This document shows, one piece after another, positions 25,564 through 32,856 of a stretch of DNA of 42,851 bases; within the stretch, counting starts at the first letter, position 1, and each line of letters opens with the position of its first letter. The notes beneath the pieces are model-generated. The model saw nothing but the letters and a program-made list of their open reading frames with translations, had not been told where the DNA came from and searched no databases. Both the position numbers and the translations under genes were made by a program. Location of the stretch: IMG/VR virus record IMGVR_UViG_3300021387_000151, positions 1 through 42,851 of that record, one strand, 5' to 3'. This DNA comes from a virus.

Positions 25564-25578
25564 GGCGAACGAGAGACG

Positions 25579-25872
25579 TTATTTAGTGCTGTGGATTAGG
25601 CTGCGCCATGAGTTACGGACTTCGCAGAACTTGGTGTAAAGAATTTTCACCTGCGTTGGGGTCATATCAAGTGCCCAAGATACATCGAGTATGTTCCAAG
25701 GGTCTTGATCTATCCGCTTCATGAGGAGGTAGACCGAACGAATGTAAGAGAAAAACTCGACAGCGCTAATGATAAGCAGCAGCATGATACCGACGATGAT
25801 TGTTGTTACAAGGGCTATGACAACGGAGTTAATAACCAATTTATCCCCTTCCCGCCGCGCGTCTGGCGGCAT
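25579..25872 (-). CDS. Small membrane protein (start uncertain: ATG 25872 or TTG 25839)
   Basis: TM segment VINSVVIALVTTIIVGIMLLLIISAVEFF followed by a soluble tail. GGAAGGGGA precedes the TTG at 25839, just after the HNH stop. The upstream part of track ORF 25579..26148 overlaps the HNH gene in another frame. Confidence 0.55.
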   Translation of the reverse strand: MPPDARREGDKLVINSVVIALVTTIIVGIMLLLIISAVEFFSYIRSVYLLMKRIDQDPWNILDVSWALDMTPTQVKILYTKFCEVRNSWRSLIHSTK

Positions 25873-26239
25873 CAATTCGGTTATGGCACGACACGCAAAG
25901 CAGCACGAGGTTATCCGCGCCGTTCCCTCCACCCTGTGAGAGTGGGCGGATATGATGCACTCCAGCACCGGTAAGTATCCAGGACGAACCGCGACGCTTG
26001 GCGCACACCTTGCCGCACGCCGCGCAGCGCCCGCTCGAGCGCTGTATTGCGATTTGACGGGCTGTCTTGTACTCCTTGCGTGAATACTCGGAACGCCACG
26101 GGTTAGCCTGCTTGCGGGCTTTTTCTTGGCTCTGGGAGCGCTTTCCATGCGAGCGAAAGGAACGAGAGACGCGTTTACAGCGTGGGCACGACGCGCCGGA
26201 GTATGGCTTGCCGCATATGGGGCACATCGAGCTAGGCAT
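25841..26239 (-). CDS. HNH endonuclease
   Basis: HHIRPLSQGGGNGADNLVLLCVSCHNRID plus N-terminal CPICG...CPRC. Start chosen at MPSSMC (ATGCCTAG overlap with the upstream stop). Confidence 0.85.
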   Translation of the reverse strand: MPSSMCPICGKPYSGASCPRCKRVSRSFRSHGKRSQSQEKARKQANPWRSEYSRKEYKTARQIAIQRSSGRCAACGKVCAKRRGSSWILTGAGVHHIRPLSQGGGNGADNLVLLCVSCHNRIDAARRAAGRG

Positions 26240-26555
26240 AGACCCTAGCCGTTCTATATGCGTCCTCCTTGCGGTTGAGCGCTCGAACGTCACGGTAGCA
26301 GTACTGGCAGAAGCCGGTCACGTTGTACGTGTTCCTGCCGCACATGGGACAAACGACAGGCTCGCTCAAGTGTTCATGTCCTAGGCTGGTCTGTTCTTCC
26401 GAGACGCTGAACGAGAAGCCGCTATAGGTCTTCTTGCCGCTGCGGATGTAACGTTTCATCGTGGTCTCGGCGATGCGGTTTGCGCGAGCAGCCGCCGCGA
26501 TGGACGGGTAGGTCACTCCATCGGAGCGCGTGACCTTGTATCCTACGAACTTCAT
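26232..26555 (-). CDS. DNA-binding protein (NUMOD1-like N-terminus plus zinc ribbon), tentative
   Basis: MKFVGYKVTRSDGVTYPSIAAAARANRIAETTMKRYIRSGK plus CPMCG...CQYC. Start 26555 (GGAGG plus 9 nt, ATGA coupling). An alternative ATG at 26600 also has AAGGAGG. Confidence 0.5.
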   Translation of the reverse strand: MKFVGYKVTRSDGVTYPSIAAAARANRIAETTMKRYIRSGKKTYSGFSFSVSEEQTSLGHEHLSEPVVCPMCGRNTYNVTGFCQYCYRDVRALNRKEDAYRTARVYA

Positions 26556-26887
26556 CTTGTATCGCCTCCGCATGGAGCTGTGCTGGAATGACTTGAGCAT
26601 ATAGGCTCAACCTCCTTGCGTAGCTTTTTCAGGCAATCAATGGCCTTGTCTATGTCTGATAGCGTCTGGCCTTTTGACAAGCAGCGCCAGACGTATTTGA
26701 ACGTACAGCACCACCACCAGACGATGATTGCCGAGTGGTTAAACTCGTCCCTCCACTGTTTGATAGCGGAGCGCATGGCACGGGTAGCTGTGATAAAGCC
26801 GTCACCGAGATAATGGCGGGGGCAGTCGGAATCGTAGGTCAAAACCTTGTGGTCGTTGTCCTCCAGCTCCACTCCCATTACTTGCAT
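26552..26887 (-). CDS. DUF3310-like phage protein
   Basis: HYLGDG...FKYVWRCLSKGQTLSDIDKAIDCLKKL matches the HY ... KY.wR..K....Dl.KA..yL pattern. Confidence 0.55.
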   Translation of the reverse strand: MQVMGVELEDNDHKVLTYDSDCPRHYLGDGFITATRAMRSAIKQWRDEFNHSAIIVWWWCCTFKYVWRCLSKGQTLSDIDKAIDCLKKLRKEVEPICSSHSSTAPCGGDTR

Positions 26888-27030
26888 TGCTCTCCCTCCA
26901 TCTGGTTGCGCAACCTACGCGCATGGCGCTCGCTTATGCCAGACCTCATGGCTACCTGCTTGGTGGTCAAGTTCGGGTTTTTCAGTAGCTCCATTGCATT
27001 TAGGGTCTTGGGGCTTTTCGTTCCGCTCAT
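26878..27030 (-). CDS. Very small HTH protein (50 aa)
   Basis: Start set at MSGTKSP (AAGGAGG plus 7 nt). Segment LTTKQVAMRSGISERHARRLRNQ. Confidence 0.6.
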   Translation of the reverse strand: MSGTKSPKTLNAMELLKNPNLTTKQVAMRSGISERHARRLRNQMEGEQCK

Positions 27031-27200
27031 TGCTCTACCTCCTTCGGCTCCCAGAAATTGCACCTGTTCCATGGCTTGCACTCGTGCGGCAGGTTTCGCC
27101 AGCACGTCAGATACTTGACCTCGACCACAGCGCTCTTGGTCGTGTGCGGGTTCTTTGCGAACTTGCACGTGGCACAACGCTCGCCCACCTTGCTAGGCAT
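27027..27200 (-). CDS. Cys-rich small protein (57 aa, not in the ORF track)
   Basis: Translation MPSKVGERCATCKFAKNPHTTKSAVVEVKYLTCWRNLPHECKPWNRCNFWEPKEVEQ. GGGGAGG upstream, TGATG junction with dut, ATGA junction with the next gene. Confidence 0.55.
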   Translation of the reverse strand: MPSKVGERCATCKFAKNPHTTKSAVVEVKYLTCWRNLPHECKPWNRCNFWEPKEVEQ

Positions 27201-27658
27201 CAAAACCTCCCCGATGAACCGAAACCGCTATCGCCGCGCGAGGTCGAGGGCAGCTTGTCTACTTCCTCGAATGCAACGGAATAGTACGCTAGGAAAATGA
27301 GCTGACCGATTCGCTCGAACGGCTCCACCGTGTACGGCTCAGTTGACATGTTGACCAAAGCGCATACGATCTCGCCGCGATAGTCGCTGTCGATGATTCC
27401 TGGAGCATTGGCTAATTGCAGACCGTGGTTGATGGACAGCCCCGAACGGATGGCCTGCAACGCAAACATGCCGTGCGGCATGGCAAGGTGGATACCCGTA
27501 CCGAACTTCACAATCTCGCTTGGGAAGATGGTCTTTGGTTCCGTGATGTTGGCTCGCATGTCGCAACCCGCATCGCCCACGCCATGAGCATATGACGGCT
27601 TGAGTTTCTTGCTGTCGAATTGCGCCTGAATCACTTGGATGTTTGGTGAGACTTTCAT
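27200..27658 (-). CDS. dut: dUTP diphosphatase (trimeric dUTPase)
   Basis: Motifs GDAGCDM, IRSG, GIIDSDYRGEI, RGDSGFGSSG. Confidence 0.9.
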   Translation of the reverse strand: MKVSPNIQVIQAQFDSKKLKPSYAHGVGDAGCDMRANITEPKTIFPSEIVKFGTGIHLAMPHGMFALQAIRSGLSINHGLQLANAPGIIDSDYRGEIVCALVNMSTEPYTVEPFERIGQLIFLAYYSVAFEEVDKLPSTSRGDSGFGSSGRF

Positions 27659-27958
27659 CTAATCTTCCTCACTTACGACAATGCCGCCTTGGATAATCAC
27701 GCGCTTGCCGTTCAGGTCGAAAAACACTTCTTGGTCGTTGGATTCAAGGTCAATCTTGCCGTGCCAGCTTTTTATTTCCTTGCCCGTGTTGTCGTAGAGC
27801 GTGACCGTGCGGTCAAGGCCACCGCTGATATCGCTAGTGGCGCTCTTTAAACTACGGCTGCACGATGAGCACCCAGCCAACCCGCACACCGTGACGATAG
27901 CCATGACGGATACAATTAGGGCCGCGACGAACGCGACCCTACGCTTGGTGATATTCAT
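27659..27958 (-). CDS. Lipoprotein
   Basis: Signal peptide with lipobox (VTVCGLAGC-SS). 99 aa, embedded in the early operon. Confidence 0.7.
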   Translation of the reverse strand: MNITKRRVAFVAALIVSVMAIVTVCGLAGCSSCSRSLKSATSDISGGLDRTVTLYDNTGKEIKSWHGKIDLESNDQEVFFDLNGKRVIIQGGIVVSEED

Positions 27959-28028
27959 TTGTTAGGTTCCTTTCTTTATAAGAAGACCCGTTTTTTCGGC
28001 GGGGCTAGTCAATTTAGACTGTCTTTAT

Positions 28029-28268
28029 TTAGGAGCTGTAGCGCCGTATATAGCCAACCTTTTCATAGCTATAGCAGCCAGCAGCTTTGCTTGACGGGTT
28101 GTTGGGTGAATCCAGCAGGTCTACTCTGATACGCAGCTTTTCGCAGTAGTAAACCTTTGGCATGTGCTCACCGAATATCTCGCGGTTAAATTTCGTGCGC
28201 TCTTCGTCAAGCACGAGATAGCGGCACTCGCCGCAGTGAACGCGGTAGCCAGCTCTGTCATAAGCCAT
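28029..28268 (-). CDS. Hypothetical protein
   Basis: 79 aa containing CGEC...C...C. Confidence 0.55.
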   Translation of the reverse strand: MAYDRAGYRVHCGECRYLVLDEERTKFNREIFGEHMPKVYYCEKLRIRVDLLDSPNNPSSKAAGCYSYEKVGYIRRYSS

Positions 28269-28350
28269 GGTTCACTACCTTTCTGCCGCACTGCGGGCAG
28301 AAGTTCCAGACACCGCTCACGCGATAGTGCTCATCGCTAGTGAATGTCAT
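28258..28350 (-). CDS. Possible 30-aa ORF bridging two genes
   Basis: Translation MTFTSDEHYRVSGVWNFCPQCGRKVVNHGL. It overlaps both neighbours and has no clear SD. Confidence 0.25.
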   Translation of the reverse strand: MTFTSDEHYRVSGVWNFCPQCGRKVVNHGL

Positions 28351-28846
28351 CAAAACCAGCCCCAAACATACAATCGTAGTCGCACTCCCAAGTCTCTCTG
28401 TCGCGGCTCATGGTCGCACCGTACCTCGGAGTACCGCCGTAATCGTCGCCCCAGAAATGGAAGTGCCATCCCAAGAAGTCAAACTCCTTGTCGTACTTGT
28501 CGGTGGCGTACCTCGTTTCGCCGTACTCCTCGTAATCGTCCCACCCGAACTTGCGGGAAAGGTCATCGAACGTGTATTTGGTCGGATCGTCCTTGCCGTC
28601 CTCCCATTCGTAGACCTCAGGCCAACCCTGCTTATAGCAGCCGACGCGGACACTGCCGTCTCCCATGACTCCATGGTGCGAGAACTCGAACCACTCGCAG
28701 CCGCCATGGTGCTTCATGATGTTCGCGTATATGCGGAGTCCAGTAGGCAATGAAGCCTCGTCGGTGTCGTATACGCCTACGTCCTCCTTGTCGGTTCTGC
28801 GCTCGCCGTTGAGGTACACGAACGCTCCGTAGTCGCTGTATGCCAT
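28337..28846 (-). CDS. Hypothetical protein (aromatic/acidic-rich)
   Basis: 169 aa with SD AAGGAGGG. Rich in W/Y/D/E. Confidence 0.65.
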   Translation of the reverse strand: MAYSDYGAFVYLNGERRTDKEDVGVYDTDEASLPTGLRIYANIMKHHGGCEWFEFSHHGVMGDGSVRVGCYKQGWPEVYEWEDGKDDPTKYTFDDLSRKFGWDDYEEYGETRYATDKYDKEFDFLGWHFHFWGDDYGGTPRYGATMSRDRETWECDYDCMFGAGFDDIH

Positions 28847-28892
28847 ATCTAGCCCTCCTTCTCAGCCAGCTCGCGGCGTTGCTCATAGGTAA

Positions 28893-29123
28893 TCATTCGT
28901 CAACCTCCACAACTAGATCGCGTACGTCTATAGCCGTCTCTTCGGCAATGGAGAACAGGTTTCTTAGCGAAATGTTCCTACGATCGTTCAGTAGCTCGTT
29001 GAAATACCAAGTAGAGATGCCAAGAGTCTTAGCAAAATCGTCTTGCGTTAGGTCGTGGTCAATCAGATAGTGCTGGATGGCCTTCTTGTTGAGCACGTAG
29101 CTGTGTTTCGTCTTAGCTGTCAT
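28893..29123 (-). CDS. HTH (XRE-type) protein
   Basis: Start set at MTAKTK (AGGAGGG, ATGA coupling). HTH segment LTQDDFAKTLGISTWYFNELLNDRRNISLRNLFSIAE. Confidence 0.65.
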   Translation of the reverse strand: MTAKTKHSYVLNKKAIQHYLIDHDLTQDDFAKTLGISTWYFNELLNDRRNISLRNLFSIAEETAIDVRDLVVEVDE

Positions 29124-29299
29124 TGCACCCTCCTGTTCCATGCTTCGATAGCATCGGTTTTGTCGTCATAAATGGCTGACGAAGAATTGCAGTTCTCGCA
29201 CCAAACGGAATAGCCTTCAAAGCAAAACTCAAAATCTTTTACAACTTCCACATCGGCACCGCAGAAGGGGCAGGGTTTCAGCTTGATTTTGTCGGTCAT
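29120..29299 (-). CDS. Lar-family (restriction alleviation-like) zinc-ribbon protein
   Basis: Start set at MTDKIKLKPCPFCG. Pattern PCPFCG ... VWCENC ... DAIEAWNRR. Confidence 0.65.
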   Translation of the reverse strand: MTDKIKLKPCPFCGADVEVVKDFEFCFEGYSVWCENCNSSSAIYDDKTDAIEAWNRRVQ

Positions 29300-29490
29300 T
29301 CGTCCACCTTCTTCGTGAGGTCGCGCCCGCAGAACGGGCAGTAGTTTATATGGGCGCTCCATGCGTATGGAGGGTCTACGGCGATGATGTAGCCACCGGA
29401 TTTAAGCGCGTCAATCCACATCTGGACTCCCTCGTCATCATCTCCGAAATTGAGATACGGTTCTCCGCAGTAGGGACAATCGTTAGGCAT
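29296..29490 (-). CDS. Zinc-ribbon protein
   Basis: MPNDCPYCGEP...YCPFCGRDL, 64 aa. Confidence 0.55.
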   Translation of the reverse strand: MPNDCPYCGEPYLNFGDDDEGVQMWIDALKSGGYIIAVDPPYAWSAHINYCPFCGRDLTKKVDE

Positions 29491-29869
29491 CGCACTCACC
29501 CCTCAGCTTGCGGATGCGGTCGAGAATGTCGCGCATGGCGACGCTTTCGCAGGTTCCGCCTTTGTCGGCGATGCACGATGAGCAGTCGCACGCGCTTTTG
29601 CCAAAATAGGCGCATGCTTCGTAATTCAGCGCGTCCGCGCCCCTGCCCAAGTCCTCCTCCAGCTCCTCCCAAGTGTCGGGCTTAGTTAGGCTAAGGTTGT
29701 GCGGTGAAAAACGTACACAGCTATCTTCAAAGACAACATCCCACCTGTCTTTGTCTGGATAGAACGTGTACCAATCGACTTCCCTTCGTTTGCCTTTCTT
29801 GTCGTACAGAAATTCGGTATCTAGCGGAATCTCGCGACCTTCCGCATCCTTGAGCAACTCGACACTCAT
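29483..29869 (-). CDS. Hypothetical protein, paralogue of 29866..30258
   Basis: 128 aa. It shares with its neighbour D.(E/D)G..IP, Y(D/E)K.G, W.V, L.L.KPD, DL.R, ACAY, C..C, G..C, R...L.G(E/D). Confidence 0.65.
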   Translation of the reverse strand: MSVELLKDAEGREIPLDTEFLYDKKGKRREVDWYTFYPDKDRWDVVFEDSCVRFSPHNLSLTKPDTWEELEEDLGRGADALNYEACAYFGKSACDCSSCIADKGGTCESVAMRDILDRIRKLRGECDA

Positions 29870-30258
29870 TCGGAATCACCGCACAGACGGTGAACACGGA
29901 CGGCAACGTCTTTGAATGCCGACATCGAGCATACGGAGCTCCCGTGGAACTTGCAGCCGTCGCAAAACTGTCCGGAGTGATTCGCATAAGCGCACGCCGG
30001 AATCGAGAAGCCGCAATTTGGCTTGAAGTTCACGACTCTGTCGAGGTCTTTCGCGAGCTGCTTGAGGCTGTCCGGCTTGTTGAGATAGAGCTTGCTTGGG
30101 TTAAACAACGAGCTGCCCGAGTGGACGCGCCATTTTTTCGAGACGATAAAGTAGGTCATATCGTCCACTCGTATTACGTTGCCATCCTTCTCGTACATCA
30201 CCTTGACGTTCGATGGGATAACGTTCCCGTCTGCATCGTCCGGTAGATAGATTTTCAT
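29866..30258 (-). CDS. Hypothetical protein, paralogue of 29483..29869
   Basis: 130 aa. ATGA-coupled to its paralogue with the same motif order. Confidence 0.65.
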   Translation of the reverse strand: MKIYLPDDADGNVIPSNVKVMYEKDGNVIRVDDMTYFIVSKKWRVHSGSSLFNPSKLYLNKPDSLKQLAKDLDRVVNFKPNCGFSIPACAYANHSGQFCDGCKFHGSSVCSMSAFKDVAVRVHRLCGDSE

Positions 30259-30303
30259 TTGGTTTCTTCCTTTCTGTCGTTGTCGCTATTTGGCGCTTGC
30301 GAT

Positions 30304-30582
30304 CTAACGCGCCATCGAGTGCATGGAATCGTGGAGCTGTTCGACTTTTGCCAAAAGCTCGGCTGCATCGCATGTGTCTACGCTGTCGCGCTCGTTGAAC
30401 TGAATGCACCGATTGATAGCGGCTTCGAGCGTGTTCGGGTAGCACTCAATGGCTACAAGGCTCCTGCCGTCAATGGGGCTTTTCTTCATCTTTGACTTGC
30501 CGTCCCATCCATCGGGCGCGACTTTGTACATCTGATAGCACCACTGGTTGGACTTTAGGAACTCGTAGTTTCCGAACCTCAT
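30304..30582 (-). CDS. Hypothetical protein
   Basis: 92 aa with strong SD AAAGGAGA. Confidence 0.6.
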   Translation of the reverse strand: MRFGNYEFLKSNQWCYQMYKVAPDGWDGKSKMKKSPIDGRSLVAIECYPNTLEAAINRCIQFNERDSVDTCDAAELLAKVEQLHDSMHSMAR

Positions 30583-30704
30583 TTGTTATCTCCTTTCTCT
30601 GTTCGCTAGATTTGCCGTTCTGCGTGCCAGCAACGCCGCTGACGGCGAAAAAACCGCCTAATCCTAGTCGGTAGCCGCGCCGTCCCTTATGGCGTTGCGG
30701 AACA

Positions 30705-31823
<1,119 letters not shown>

Positions 31824-31961
31824 TTATTTAGTTGTCGATAGCTGAATTACTGATATGCCGTTTTCGCTTGCTTAGGCTGCGCTGACAGCTAGATAACCGC
31901 CCTACCCTAGTCCGTGTAGGGTCAAGCCAAGTCGCGCCTTGTACGCGCTGAAAATCGGTTA

Positions 31962-32330
31962 TTAGCTTTCCTCCACCTCTGGGGAAGAGGTGCGGTTGAG
32001 AACCTTGGGGCGCAGCTCCGCGCAATCGGCGCTCGGATAGGTCGGAGCTACTACTTTGCGGATGTTCGCCGCGCATACCGCAACGCCGTAAGCATTAGCC
32101 ATGCTTGTTCGGTCTGTTCCATGCGCTATGAACGAATGGTACAGTTTGTCCACCCTATCCAACGCCCTCTCCCACGATCGGCAGCGCTCGCGGTACATCT
32201 TCATGCGGTCGCGCGTCTTGGATAGCTTGCTTTCAAGCCCTCGGCAATGGCGCTCTAGGCTCGCGTATCGGCGCTTCAGGTCGGACAGCTCTTCGGCGTA
32301 GCTCAGGGCCAGCGATTGGTAGTCCTGCAT
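31962..32330 (-). CDS. Coiled-coil hypothetical protein
   Basis: 122 aa with a heptad-like R/L/E-rich N-terminal half. TGATG junction with the upstream gene. Confidence 0.55.
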   Translation of the reverse strand: MQDYQSLALSYAEELSDLKRRYASLERHCRGLESKLSKTRDRMKMYRERCRSWERALDRVDKLYHSFIAHGTDRTSMANAYGVAVCAANIRKVVAPTYPSADCAELRPKVLNRTSSPEVEES

Positions 32331-32635
32331 CACTCATCACCGTTAAGCGTCTTGGTGAGCTTGTCCACGCGCTTCTTGCAGTTGAGCCGTTCGGCGGCAA
32401 TCGCCACCTCAAACGACATGAACCCGCGCTGATTGCTCTCGATGATTTCGATTCGCTTTTTCAGCTTCAGCATTTCATCATCCACGAGAAGGGCGATAAG
32501 CATGGCAACCTCAGCGCAGAATCTCGCCAAATACACACCATCGAAGGTCTTGAAATACAACACGGCACTAGTCACGGCTGCAATGGTGACAATCGCCTTA
32601 GCCAGCCATAAAGCGTACTTCGCATACTTGCTCAT
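32330..32635 (-). CDS. Membrane protein (2 TM) with C-terminal helix
   Basis: 101 aa with TM segments AKAIVTIAAVTSAVLYF and FCAEVAMLIALLV. Confidence 0.55.
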   Translation of the reverse strand: MSKYAKYALWLAKAIVTIAAVTSAVLYFKTFDGVYLARFCAEVAMLIALLVDDEMLKLKKRIEIIESNQRGFMSFEVAIAAERLNCKKRVDKLTKTLNGDE

Positions 32636-32651
32636 GCGAACTCCTTTTCTA

Positions 32652-32856
32652 TTGGGTTGTTGGTTGGTTGTTGGGGTTTGTAACGATGTAACGTTCTATT
32701 TCCTATTCCCATATTTCTATATATATATTTTTATTTTTAGAAGTTGGGAATTGGCGGCGATTTGAGCGTTACATCGTTACATAGGCATATCTACCTGCAA
32801 AAATCTTGTAACGTTTTGGGTTTTTCAAACGTTACAAATCGGTCTCAAACGTAACA
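32652..32856. other. Putative origin of replication (iterons plus AT-rich core)
   Basis: 15-bp inverted repeat TGTAACGATGTAACG (32679..32693 vs 32767..32781) flanks an AT-rich core (32709..32745). There are seven GTAACG/CGTTAC-type hexamers in about 180 bp and a G/T-rich TTGG run at 32652..32678. The element abuts the primase 3' end. Confidence 0.5.

Noticed and set aside
25873-26148. N-terminal 92 aa of track ORF 25579..26148
   Set aside because: This part overlaps the HNH endonuclease gene in another frame and reads as Arg/Ala-rich junk. The real small membrane gene starts at 25872 or 25839.
30640-30662. Short hairpin CGCCG-CTGA-CGGCG followed by an A-run as a terminator
   Set aside because: The stem is only 5 bp. 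The A/T run is on the wrong side for a minus-strand terminator and is A-rich rather than T-rich for the plus strand.
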